Shown here piece after piece: positions 12,184 to 24,700 of a stretch of 64,000 nt of DNA. Origin of the DNA: Chrysemys picta bellii (taxonomy: Eukaryota); assembly GCF_011386835.1 (NCBI RefSeq), contig NC_088812.1:2046001-2110000 (forward strand). The letters are read 5' to 3'. The stretch's first letter is position 1. Each line of letters begins with the position of its first letter. Made by a program: the position numbers and the translations under genes. The notes beneath the pieces are model-generated. The model saw only the letters and a list, made by a program, of their open reading frames with translations. It ran no database searches and was not told the origin of the DNA.

Positions 12184-12370
12184 AAATTTAAATTAATGGA
12201 GATATCCCATCTCCTAGAACTGGAAGGGACCTTGAATCCAGCCCCCTGCCTTCACTAGCAGGACCAAGTACTGATTTTGCCCCAGATCCCCAAGTGGCCC
12301 CCTCAAGGATTAAACTCACAACCCTGGGTTTAGCAGACCAATGCTCAAACCACTGAGCTATCCCTCCCCC
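12184..12370 (-). mobile_element. tRNA-derived SINE, second copy
   Basis: Near-identical to 3452-3648 apart from a short internal deletion. Confidence 0.8.
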
Positions 12371-12580
12371 CTTTGTGGGAAAGATCTCACTGGTTTCCAT
12401 GGTGGGAAGGGTCTTGCAGGGTCAGAGCTATCACCTTATTTATTGGGTGTATGACGGTAGTGCCTAGAGACTCACACCGAGTCGGGGGGGCCCCGGTAGT
12501 GCCGGGCGCTGCACAGCCCCCCCGGCCCCCGACTGAGCGGGGCCATGCTGAACCCCTTCTCCCCGTGTAGGTGCTGGAAG

Positions 12581-15500
12581 ATGGGCTGCTTCTCCTTCCT
12601 GAAGATGATGATGTTTGTGTTCAACGGCGTTATATTTGTGAGTAGGCGAAGCCCCGGCTGGTGGGCTGGGGGCTCTGATCCAGTGTGGACGGGGAGGAGA
12701 AGGCCCTGCAGGCTGAGGGTAACCCTGGGAGCTGCAGTGCAGAATGTGGCCCCGTACCACGGTGGGGAATGAAGGGAGGCCGCTCGCTGCTTACCAGCCT
12801 CTCTCCTCTCTCCCCCAGCTGAGCGGCTTGGCCGTGCTGGGCATCGGCATCTGGGTGAAGGTGGATGGAGGCTCCTTCGTGCAGATCCTGGGGGCCGCCG
12901 CGCCCCAGCTGATGCAGCTGATCAACGTGGGGTACCTGTGCATCGCTGTCGGCACCTTCCTGCTACTCATGGGCTTCCTGGGCTGCTGCGGGGCCATGAA
13001 GGAGAGCAAGTGCATGCTGCTGCTGGTAGGGGCTGCAGGACAACTGGGAAGGGCTGGGGGCTAACGGGCAGAGCACTGGCCTGGGGTCCAGGAGTCTCCG
13101 GGATCTCCGGCCAGCCAGCTCCCCTCTGTGCTTCATTCTCCCCAGGACGCAGCGGGGATAGCAGCCAGACCGGCCTTTGGGCACTAAGTGCTCCTGGGTA
13201 GAGGGGTTGCTAAGGGGGTTGGCTAGGACGCGGGACATTTCGTTTCAGATTCTGGCTTTGTTCCAGACGCCGAGTGACCTTGGGCACAGCGCCGCTGCGT
13301 GCCTCAGTTTCCCCTACCTACAAAGGGGGTGGAGGTCGTGGCAACGTCTGCAGAACCGGTTCCGTTTTGAACCTTGGTCGGAATCCTGGGCGAGGGGAGG
13401 CAGGAGTAGGGGCCAGAGGAGCTGAACGGCAAACCCAGGGTTTGAGTCTTGAGTCAAACCCAGGGGCAGAGCCAGAGATGGAGTCCAGGCCAAGGGCCAG
13501 TGCCAGGTATCAGGGTCAGCACTGGGGTTCCAGGGGTCGAGCGGGAGGCAGGTTGGTGCCAAGGTCAATACCGGCAGAGAAGCAGCCCCGTCACGGCAGC
13601 TGGTCACATTGGTATCCTCTGGGCGCTTCCCGGGATCCCAGGGGCTTATGGAGCATCAAGGAGCCAATCAGGGATTGTTAAACAACGGTCTCTCGGGGCA
13701 GACCGGGACAGACCGTCCAACGGCGCGCACCCTCTGGGGCTTGCGGATTGCCAGGGAGACAGGCTATGACAGCATGAGGAGGTGGCTGGCTGATCCCTCT
13801 GCAGGTCTGGGTTTGAGTCCCACCGTGGAAACCGGTGAGATATTTCCCACAAAAAGATTTTTCCACTTCATCCACCAGCTCTGCCCCACCCCGCCATCTC
13901 TCCCGGTTGGGAGGTGGGAACATTTCTCTCTCAAGGTTTTCTCGGACATTTTCACCCCCCAAATTCCCATTGCCGTTGGAAATGTTCAGGTTTCTGCCAA
14001 AAATACCCACCCCTGAAAGCCAGTGCGGGGAGGGAGAATTGGTTTTCAGCAACTGGTGTTTTGTGGCTTAGAGAAATGTCAGGTTTTGATAGAAAAATAC
14101 CAGAACTTTTTGTGGGAAGGAGGTGGATGAAAACCTGAAATATTTCTAAGAAATATTTGACGAAAATGTACAAAATTTTGTCAAAACATCCAGGGGAAAA
14201 ATATAATTTCCCAGCTAGCTCGGAGCTCAGCCTCTTCCAGAAGTCGGTATCTCTGTAGCTAACCCCGAACCCTCACTGTCTCCCCTAGGGGCTGGAAGCC
14301 AGATTTACAAAGTAGTTCAGAAGCAGATTCCTAGATGCTAAAGCCAGAAGGGACCATTGTGATCCTCCAGCCTGACCTCCTGTATAACACAGGCCGATCG
14401 ACCTTTCCCGACTCAATTCCTGTTTGAGCGAGAGCAGATCTTTTAGAAAGACATCCTGTCTTGATTTGAACACGGACAGCGCGGGAGACGCTGCCCCAGC
14501 CCTTTGGAACTTGTTCGAATGGTTAACTACCCTCCCGGTTAATAACCTGCAACGTCTTTCCAGTCTGAATGCGTCTAACTCCGACTTCCAGCCGCTGGAC
14601 CTTGTTAGACCTTTGTCAGCTGGACTGATGAGCCCTTTAATAAAACAGGCGCCTGCTGGAATGTAAAAAGTGCCTCAGTGAGTTAGGTGCCTAATTCCCA
14701 TTGGCTCTGCATCGTCAGTGCCTAAATACCCAGCTCTGGCCCTTGGGCGCGTAGGTCCCTTGCTGACCGTGACCACCTGCGAGCCGCCACACCTGGTACT
14801 AGGAGTAGTAGCAGCTCTTGCCTGAAGCCCCTTTGTCCAGCCCCGGGCATGGCGCCTGCAAAGGGGGAGGCCTCTGTGCTGGCAAGGGCAGCTTTTGATC
14901 TTGGTCTCTCTCTGTCTCCAGTTCTTTGTCATTATCCTGATTCTCTTCATCGCGGAGGTCGCGGGGGCCGTCGTCGTCCTCGCCTTCTCTTCCGTGGTAA
15001 GTTAAAGGCTGGGCTTTGCGAACATCCGAGCTGCCAGCCTGGGGCAGACCGGAGTCCGTCCAGACCCGGATCCTGTACCAGAGCACCAGGGAGTGTACAG
15101 AACAGAGCAGTTCGGTGAGCGGCCGCTGTCCTCCACTCCCGGCTTCTGGCCCCCAGGCTGGGAGCTGTTCGACTGCTCTCCTCCGCCTCGAAAACAGGAC
15201 CCAGGGGGACTCTGCTAAGGGAGGTGGAAAGTCCCGGGAGTCAGGATTCCTGGGTTCTCTCCTGGAGCACCCCCGGGGCCCTGGCTTAGGCTTGTCTCCC
15301 TAGATATTGTAAATAACCGTGTCAATAACAGTGCCTTGTACTCACTGAGCCTAGAGACAGCTGAGTGAGACACTGAGGTTTTGGGTCAGTGGCTGAACTG
15401 AAATTGTTTTAAATATTGTTTTGGGTTGACCCCAAACATACATTTTTTTTCTTGCCCAAACGAAAAACTGGAAAAAAAAGTTGTTCTGGGTTTGGTTTGG

Positions 15501-18500
15501 GTTTGGATGGGGTTTTTTTTACCCTTTTGGGGTTTGTTTGGTTTTTTTCGTTAAATTTAATTAAATGTAGAAATGAAATGTTTTGACTTTTTAGGAGACC
15601 CCCCACCCTTTTTGGGGGGGGCTGAAACTATGCAGCAAATTCAACCAAAACTGCATTTTTAGCCAATAAGCATTGTCCTCCCCCCCCCAAAAAATAATAA
15701 TGTGTCCAGCTCCAATCCTAATGACTTTTCCCTGGGTCAACATTTAAAACCCCTGTCAAAACACAAGATCAAGGGGACACTGACTGGAATCGAAAGGTGG
15801 CAACCTCAAGATTGATTGACAGAAATATTTTTTCACACTTTGTGCTATTCGTCTGCGGAACTCTCTGCCACTGGATGGTGCTTAGGCTGAGAACATAGCA
15901 AAATTCAGAGAGGGGTTGGATGATTACATGCCTACTAGCAGTAGAGTTGTGATAGTTAATGCAAATAAAGGGTGCTGGAAAGGAAATTAATCTTATACCT
16001 TCGTCTGAAGGATGTGACTTTGGCCACTGTCAGAGATGGGATATTGCGTTAGATGGACCGTTGGGCTGATCCAGGCTGGCCGTCCCTGGGTTCAACAAAT
16101 AGAAGATAAAGCTATAAAACATTAGTCTGCCCGGGTGTCTCCCGAGGGCTGGTGCGGTGCCTGGCTCGTTGCACTGGGGAGTTGTTTTGTTGGTCTGCAA
16201 AACTCAATAAAGGAAAAACCAAACAGCTCCCGAAAGACAAGACGGTGCCAATCTGTGCATGTCTCTGGTTTCCAGGCTGATATATTCATTGAGCACCTGA
16301 AAAACTGGGCTGTGAAAACTTTACGAGAGGATTACGGGAGGCAGGACGACGTGACTGCAATCTGGGACACAACCATGAAGGAGGTGAGCAGCGCGCATTT
16401 CGGCATTCCCCCTGGAAGAGATGGATTCGGCCAGCTGATGCATGGGGGGCAAGGGGAATTCCACCAGGGGTGGGGGGGAGATCTCCATGCTGGAAGGCCC
16501 CAATTCAGCAAAGCACATTAGCACACAGCTAACTCCAATGGGACTTGAGCGCATGCTTGAAGTTCAGCACCTGCAGCGGCAGCTCTTACATCACTCCTAG
16601 GGGTGTGGCTGGAGGGCTTTTGTGCTCTGGATAGTCTATGTTGGCCCACTGGGGAGCTGGAAGGATCATTTTCCAGACGGGGGAAACTGAGGCACAGAAT
16701 CTTGCCCGGGGTCACCCAGGGACTCTACAGCTGAGCTAGGAATTGAATGTAGATCTCCTGCGTCCCAGCCAAGCTTAAATGCAAAGCCACCCACTTCCGT
16801 TAGCGATCAGGCCTATGTGATTCACTTTCAGGGCAGGGGAAAGTTTTTACAACAGCCGCATCCTCCCAGGAGTCAAACCGTCCTGGACGTGAATCTAAAA
16901 CGTGGCTGTGGCTGTTAACCAACTGGCGTTCTTGTTCTAGCTGAAGTGCTGTGGCTTCAACAACTACAAGGATTTCAACAGCTCCTACTTCTACCAAACT
17001 CACAGCCAGACTTATCCCACGGGCTGCTGCCTGCCGCCCAAGCATGAGTGCCTGGAATCTGAACTGGACAGCACCAAGCAGGTAAGGAAAAGAGCTTAGC
17101 AAAGTATTTGCCATAGGAGACAGGCTATGTGTTGTTAGTGTATGTAGCGCTGAGATACGTGGTCTTCCAAATTCTTCTTCTTTTTTAGCGTTCTGAGCAA
17201 GTTTTCAGTCTTGGGAAGAAATTCTGTGTTCTTCGTTTTGGGTTAGCAAGACTCTGGGTAGAGTTTGCTGTCTGCCTCGGGCTCTGATTCGTCAGTTCTT
17301 GAGGCAGAGTTGCTCCTGGGAAAACTGGTTGGATTGAAATTCCAAGATGAAGGAATTGCCCGGCTTGCTGTCTGGGCACCTCTATGAACACTTCTGCCGG
17401 TAGATGCTGCATCTCCACTAGAGGATTTGCTGATAGAGTTGCATAGCTCTACCAGCCAACCCTGTCTAGTATAGACCTGGCCTAAGAAGAAACTTTCCCC
17501 GGGACAGTTTGTGGAACTGCCGTTGGTTTTTCACATCAACAGAGCATCTGGCCCTAGCTTTGATATGACAATCACATCCCCGGTTAACGAGCGGCGATGG
17601 GCCGTTGTGGGGAGAGACTGCCACTAGTGCCGAGAGGAGACGCACTGGCCCCATCGCCAGGACTCGCTGTTGTATCTGTGATTCTCTTTCCCCTCCCAGG
17701 GCTGCTTGCATGCATTCCAGACCTTCCTGAGCAGGAACGGGAGGATCGTTGGAGGGGTGGCGTTAGGAATCGGTGTGCTCCAGGTACGCTTTTGTGACAC
17801 ACTCGTGGGCTAGGACTAACAAGAACTGGCTCTGCTACTGCCTTGCTGGGTAACCGCTGGCAAGTAACTCCCCCCACCACCACTCACCCCTGCTCCGTGC
17901 CTCGGTTTCCCCACCGGTAAAATGGGGGACAGTCATCTTTCCTTGGATCGTGCCCCTCGGCATCTTGGCTTGAAAAGTTTGGCGGTGTCAGAGCTCAGGC
18001 GTGACGTTGAGAAGCCGGGGATATGGCGGGATAGGAGTGAGTGGCATTGGAATAGCTGTTTGGGGAGCGGAGTTTAAACAGCACCCGGCGTCCCACCAGG
18101 AGTGAATGGCTGTAATAGCTTGTGGGCCACTCCCATGAATGATGAGTCGAGGGCTGGGGAAATGCCTTCCTGGTCACACTGAGCTCTGACGCAGGTTTGA
18201 GCCCAAACCTTGCTTCCATTCGAGCACACATCAGTGTGACTTGGGTCAGCAACCGCTCAGGGCCGGGTCCCAGCACCCTGCAAAGGGGGGTGGTTCTGAG
18301 CCCGAGTCCTGCTGAGACTCGGGTCCGAGCCCTGTGACTTTGCAGTGTGGACACAGCTCAAGCCACAGACCTGAGTCAGAAGGTCAGCGGAGCGCAGTGT
18401 GGACGTGTCAGCACGGCTGTGAGACCCGGATCTAGCCATTGTAAACCCAGCTCGGACACTCAAGTGCGGGCGTGGAAACGAGGCCACAAGTCCAGGCCCT

Positions 18501-18989
18501 GCAGACCCGGGTTTACAGTGTAGTGCGGACAGGGGGAATTCTCTGGCCTGTTCTACAGGATGGCGAACTAGAAGATCTAATGATCTATTACAGGGTGGCC
18601 AACCTGACCCCGAGAAGGAGCCAGAATTTACCCATGTACATTGCCAAAGAGCCACAGTAATACGTCCCCCAGCAGTCCCCCATGAGCTCCCCCCCACTCC
18701 CAGCACCTCCCGCCCACCGGCAGCCCCACCGATCAGCGCCTCCCCCTCCCTCCCTGCACCTCCCGATCAGCTGTTTCGTGGCGTGCAGGAGGCTCTCGGG
18801 GGAGGGGGAAGGAGCGAGGACACGGCAGGCTCAGGGGAGGGGGCGGGAAGGGGTGGAGTGGGGGCTGTGCCCATGATAGAGCCAGGGGTTGATCAGTAAA
18901 TGTGTCTCCCTCTTTGTTTTCTTGTTTCCTAGCTGGCCGCAATGGCTGTTTCCCTGGTTCTGTATTGTCAGATCAGTACGAACGGCTGA
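12581..18989 (+). CDS. TSPAN1-like tetraspanin, 242 aa; join(12581..12637,12819..13025,14922..14996,16276..16383,16941..17081,17700..17783,18933..18989)
   Basis: All introns are GT-AG and phase 0. The N-terminus MGCFSFLKMMMFVFNGVIF resembles TSPAN1. Four hydrophobic segments, GFLGCCGAMKESKCML loop, large extracellular loop with CCG, PxxCC and six Cys. Ends LYCQISTNG*. Confidence 0.9.
14330..14640 (-). mobile_element. Degraded CR1 3' fragment
   Basis: AAGCCAGAAGGGACCATTGTGATCCTCCAGCCTGACCTCCTG is an antisense CR1 3' end. Confidence 0.65.
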
Positions 18990-21799
18990 AAAACAAGATT
19001 TCCAGCGGAAACACAAAATGCCTCTCCTGCCATCCATAACTCATCCTGCCTTTGCATCTTCCTGAGGTTCACTGCGAGAGAAACCTAACTTTTCTTATTC
19101 ATCACTAATCACTAATGTTTCCTGTTAATCTGTAAACGCGCTGAGCGATCAGATGGCGGCGACGCCAATGAGACTACAGTGAAAAGTGGGATGGTATCTT
19201 TTCCATGCTATTTTTTGTGTCTGTTTCAATGATAAATTCGATCTGATTTGTTTTTCTTGTGGGCGCAACAAGAAATTAGCTTAAAGGTGGCAGTCTAAAC
19301 GTCTAAAAGCGGAGAATGAAACCAACATGCCCCCTACCGCGTGTTATTGTAGACCCTACCCAAAACACGCACTGACTGAGGATCATTTATGTAGCTCTTA
19401 CAGTACTTCCTTTCATTTGTCACACGCTTTGAGCTGTGACCCAGTGAGCCATCGTACTCTCATTGCGTCTGAGTTGCAATGAAAAGGGCAGGTCACCCCT
19501 TTCAGAGTGACCGATTCAGGCTCTCTGCAAACTCAGGCAGATGTCACTGCATCGGTTACTTCACATTTTGAAGGTTTTCTTTGCAGCCGTAACAGCTAGA
19601 GCCTGGCTCCCTCCCCACTTCTTTTAGTGAAAGCAGAGACTTGGGGGAATCATTACGAATTCCATTCATCCCTCTGTGCTCACTACAGCTTTAAACATGC
19701 CCGACAATCTGAGAAACACTGAAACGATGCACTTTTACTGATGTAGCACATCATGAACTTGAATTCGAATGAAATATTTCATGTCCCTTTTTCCTCCCCC
19801 CTTGTGTGTGTTTGGAAAAGATCCAGTCAACAATGTGTCATTGGTTTTCTGCACCCGACAATGTTTTCTCTGCCAATGTCTTGTGTTTGTATCAATTAAA
19901 TATCCCTGATCTTTCTATGCAGACGTTGTTAGCTTGGCTATTTCGAGTGGCTGTTGGAAAGTGACAGGGTTCAGGGAAGAGCAAAGCTGGGTTTTGAAGG
20001 GAAAAAAATATTATTTCCCTTTGCTCATTTTGGAGTGAAATTCACCCCTGGGATTATGGACAGCACCAGATCTTAAATTCCCAAGGGGTGACTCTTATCC
20101 TTCTGGAATTCAATTGTCTGGTTAATTTCTCAAAGGAAGATGGGTTTTGTGCCTATTTATTGTTTGTGTTACGGTAGCACCCAGAGGTCCCCTGTACAAA
20201 CAGTCCCTGGCCCCCAAAGATTCTAAAGAGACAAAGGAAGGAGAACTCCATTTTACAGATGGGGAAACTGAGGCACGGGAAGGGGAAGTGACTTGTCCCA
20301 GGTCACACAGGGAATCTATAGCAAAGCCAGGAACAAAAACCCATGTCACGTGAGTCCCAGTCCCACCCCTTAACTATCTCCCGCTGAATGGAGATGAAGA
20401 GTTGTGGGCTGCATGTTCCAGCATGTGCCACTCAGCCTGCCCCGGCCCCGTGCCCTCTGCTGGCACGGCCCTGCTCCTGGCAGGGGGTAGCAGGGCACGG
20501 ACGGAACGGGGTCCCCTATTGTTCTGTGGGGAAGATATGATTTCGTTCCAAGCCACGGACCTACAGCGATGGAAAACTGCGGACCCGATAGACACCCTAT
20601 AGCAGTCCCAGTCTATGGCCCTACAGCCGTCCCACTCTCGGGCCCCTAGGGAGGAAGGAGGCAGACGCTGTCTCACAACGGAGCCTGCTCCCAGTTCCCC
20701 CCTCCTCCCCCGGCCCCTTCCAACAGCCATCGGACGACGGTTGGAAGCCCAGCAGGCACCGGGCGAGCCGCAGCGCAGGGGCCCGGGCCAAGGACACGTG
20801 AGCCCAGAGGCACGGTGCAGGGCCGGGAGCCAGGCCGGCGAGGGCAGGAGGCTCAGGAGAGCCCCGTGGGTGGGTAACCTCCGGCTCCAGGCCGCTGAAC
20901 CGGCTCTGAGCGAACGTGCCGGCCGCTCCCTCAGCTCCGGGCTTGTGAGTTTCCATCCTGAGGCCTGGGCGGCAGCCACGCCACACCACCCGCTAGGGCT
21001 GCCGGCCCCTGGGTGGGAGGCCTGGGTCCTGAGCGGGAGGCGAAGCCCTTGACGCAGGGAAGGGAGACGGAAGCGCCGGCATCGGCCCCCTGCTAGCCCT
21101 CTACGCGGGGCGAATTTCCCCCGCAGCGGAGTCAGGCTAAAGCTAACGGTGGCTGCGAGGGGGGAGAAGCGCTCTCCTTCCCCCAGCCCAGGAGTCACCG
21201 GGTCCAGAGACTGTAAAGCCGTGTCAATCATCGAGTACTGAAATCTCTCCCTGTGGGAGGGTGGGGGGGAGCTGGATTTTCACATGTCACGGGGAGCCCA
21301 TTCCCCCAAACTCAGTGACAACCTCTCAGAGGAACCACTGATCGTTATTTATAGGACGCACTGACTGGGGCCTCATTGTGCCAGGCGCTGCAGAGATGCA
21401 GAGCAACAGACAGTCCCTGTCCCGAGAAGCCTCCAGTCTAACTCGACAAAGGATTATTCCCCCCCCCCCGAGATGGGGAAACTGAGGCACAGAACGATGC
21501 AGTCACATGAGAGGTCTGGATCAGAGCCAGGAAGCAAAGTCCAATCTCCTGGCCCCCAGGCCAGTACTCACTAGACCAACCTCCCTGCCTAGCATTAGCT
21601 TTTAAATAAAAGTATTTGCCCTGTCATAAGTAAAAGCCTCCAACCATGTGTTGTGTTGCTAGTGGGTTTAACGTAAAACCGAGGTGGGAATGGATCTGAG
21701 AGGAAGCTGTTTACAGCAGCAAGTCCAGCTGAAAATCTCTCTGCCGTCTCTCCAACCTAGCACCCCTTCTGCGAGCGGCCGCACTGACCGGTTTTCACC

Positions 21800-24700
21800 A
21801 TGGCTCCCTCGCGCACTGGCTATGCCACTCTGAAGACTGTCATGATTTGCTTCAACACCATTATCCTTGTAAGCCTGTGTTTTCAGACACACGTTTATTT
21901 CGGTGTCTTACGGTGGCACCAGGGTCCCATGGTGCCAGGGGCTGCACAGACCCAGAGTGAGAGACAGTCCTGCCCTGAAGAGCTCACAGCCTAGCCAGGC
22001 ACCGGGTGGGAGGGGAAACTGAGGCACAGAGCAGGGAAGAAACTTGTTCACAGTCACGCAGCAGGTTAGGGGCAGAGCAAAGAATAAAATCAACCAGTCC
22101 TGTGCCCAGCGTTTAGGGGCTAGATCTTCAGCCGGTGTAGATCTCTGTTGACACTGATGGAGCTACAATGATGTACATCAATGGGGGAATCTGGCCCTCG
22201 GCCTTCAGGTAACGTGGCCTTTCACCCGAAGTTCACGTCACCCCACGGCTGGCCGGAACCGTGGGTCGTGCTCATCAGCCTCTGCTCAGTTCTTGGTGGG
22301 CAGACCTGAGCGGGGAGGAGGGTCTGGCCGTGGAACGGCACAGAGGGGGTGGCTCTCAGTTATGTTCATGCCCCTCCGGCACCGGGCTGGCATCTCTGCT
22401 CCCTGCCCCGGGTGAATCGGCGGCATGGCCGGAGCGCCAACGCACGCACGAGCTCCCCCACACACATGCATATACGTTTATTCTCTCCCCAGGTTGTCGG
22501 CTGCACCATGGTGGGACTGGGCCTGTGGATTAAACTGGGAAGCGCCTCCTTCGTCAGGGTCTTGGGCGCCACCTCGGTGTACTTTGCCCACGTCGGGTAC
22601 TTCTGCATCGTGGCGGGCAGCATGGTGGTCGTGCTGGGGTTCATGGGCTGCTGGGGCGCGGTGAAAGAGAACAGATGCCTCCTGCTGATGGTGAGTGCAC
22701 GCAGCTGCTGTCCGCTGGGGCGGCGTCCCGGCCCGCGAGGACGGGGCCACAGACCTTTCCCGCTTGAGCTAAGGGGGGGTCGAGCGTGCCGTTACGATGC
22801 ACCCATCGGCCCAGCCGTGTGATTTACCCCAGCTGGGGAGCTGACCCCCTACATTTGGCCCTAAACGTCGCTTGTACTATAACTAAGCAGTGGTCTCCCT
22901 TGCAGTCCCCAGCTGTTCCCTTCCATCCTTAGCGGGTGAAACTCACGCCCAGTCAGAGGGAGCGGGACAAGATCCACACACCACTTAAGCCCTTTGGCAG
23001 CTCGTGTGGTCCCCAGCCCTCTCTGTTCTGGGGGACTTTGACCTGCTTTCTACCCACGTGAACGCTTTGTTTAGCAGACAGCCTCTCAACCAGCAGCTGT
23101 CAAGACTCTTAGGGATGGGAATGACCCCCTAACCCCTGACCTCCTGACCCCTGTTCATCTGGGCAGCCACAGCCCCTCTAGGTTAAATCCTTTTATTGTA
23201 GTGTAAACTTGACTCCTGTGCCTCACTTCGCAATCCCTTCACCTTCATCCCAAACGAATCCGAGAGTGAACAAGGCCTCCGCGGTGTGCACTCACTGCGA
23301 CCTTCCAATGTCCTTCCACCCCCTCTCTCACAGTACTTCTTAATAATGCTGGTCATCTTCATCGCTGAAATCGCAGCAGCTGTCGTCGTATTCGCTTTCA
23401 CGTCCTTCGTGAGTATCCAGAATTCCCTTCTGATGTGGGAAATTCTCATTTTCCTTGACAAAGTTTCACCCCGATCCTACAAAGAAGAGTCGCTTGGGAT
23501 TGGGTCCTTTTTCCAAACGGGGAGAAATTTCAAAAGGGAAGTTAAGTGGCCAACTTTTGTGAGTTCCTTGGAAAATCCAGGAGTCGCGCGGGACCCTAAA
23601 CATCTAGTGACGTCTCGTTCGAATCGCACTGCACCAAAGAACGAGCCCGGAGTTTCCAAATCTGGAACTTTTGGTGGCCAAATAAAAAACTGTGGACAAA
23701 ATTTCCCCTCCAAGTTCTGATCATCTGGACTCTGAGCGCAGGTGGAATTCTGACTAACGGATTTGTCAAAAATGTCATCGCACATAAAGAAAAGAAAAAG
23801 GAAATCGCCCCCTCCCCACCTCGCATTTGAACCAGCTCCGTCCCTCAAAACCAACTCACAGCTTTAACTGAGGTCTACCCACTTCTCATCCTTAACTGAT
23901 GAAACGGTTCCTCTTTGCTTTAGAATGATTCCTACCGCATTATTCTGATTGTTTGTAAAGGCAAATTTAAATATGATCGATTCTCCTTTGGCTTGGATCT
24001 ACATTTACAAAGCTAAGGCCCAGATCCTGCACAGATTCACAGAGTTTAAGGCTACAACGGATTGTTATGATCTAGTGCGACCTCCAGCGTAACGCAGTCC
24101 AGGAAATTTCACCTAGTTATTCCTGTATCCAGACCAGTAACTTTTAGTTGGGTGAGCGACTGCTCTAGAAAGGTGTCCTGCCCTATCCCTTGGGAATCTG
24201 ATCCACTGGCTAATTACCCTACCGGTTAAGTACCTGCACCTTATTTGCACTTGGGCTTCATTTACACCCATCCACTGCAGGAGCAATAGATGTCAGGTTA
24301 AGTGCGTGAGTAAATCTGTGCAGGATCGGGGCCCACACTAGGGCCAAAGTGAGCTGGCTAGTCTGAGGCTGTCAGGTTTTACTAGCCCAACGTGCCACTT
24401 TGCTGTCTCTGGGCTAGATCTTTAGCGGGTGGCCATCAGCCCAGTTCCGCTGCGCTCGGCGGAGCGGTCCTGATTTACCCCACCTGAGGCTCTCTCCCTG
24501 AAAACCTGTGGCCACACGTTGGCACCAGACGGGATCTGAAGAGAAAGTATTTTCTGGCTCTAGACCCGTTTCATTCTCCCCGTTTAAGGCTCGCAGTATC
24601 GTCCTAGACAAATCGCTGGCTGCCTTGAAGAAGAAATACAGCGGCTACAAACACGATGATATCGTGTCCTATGGATGGAATGCATTCATGCTGAAGGTAG

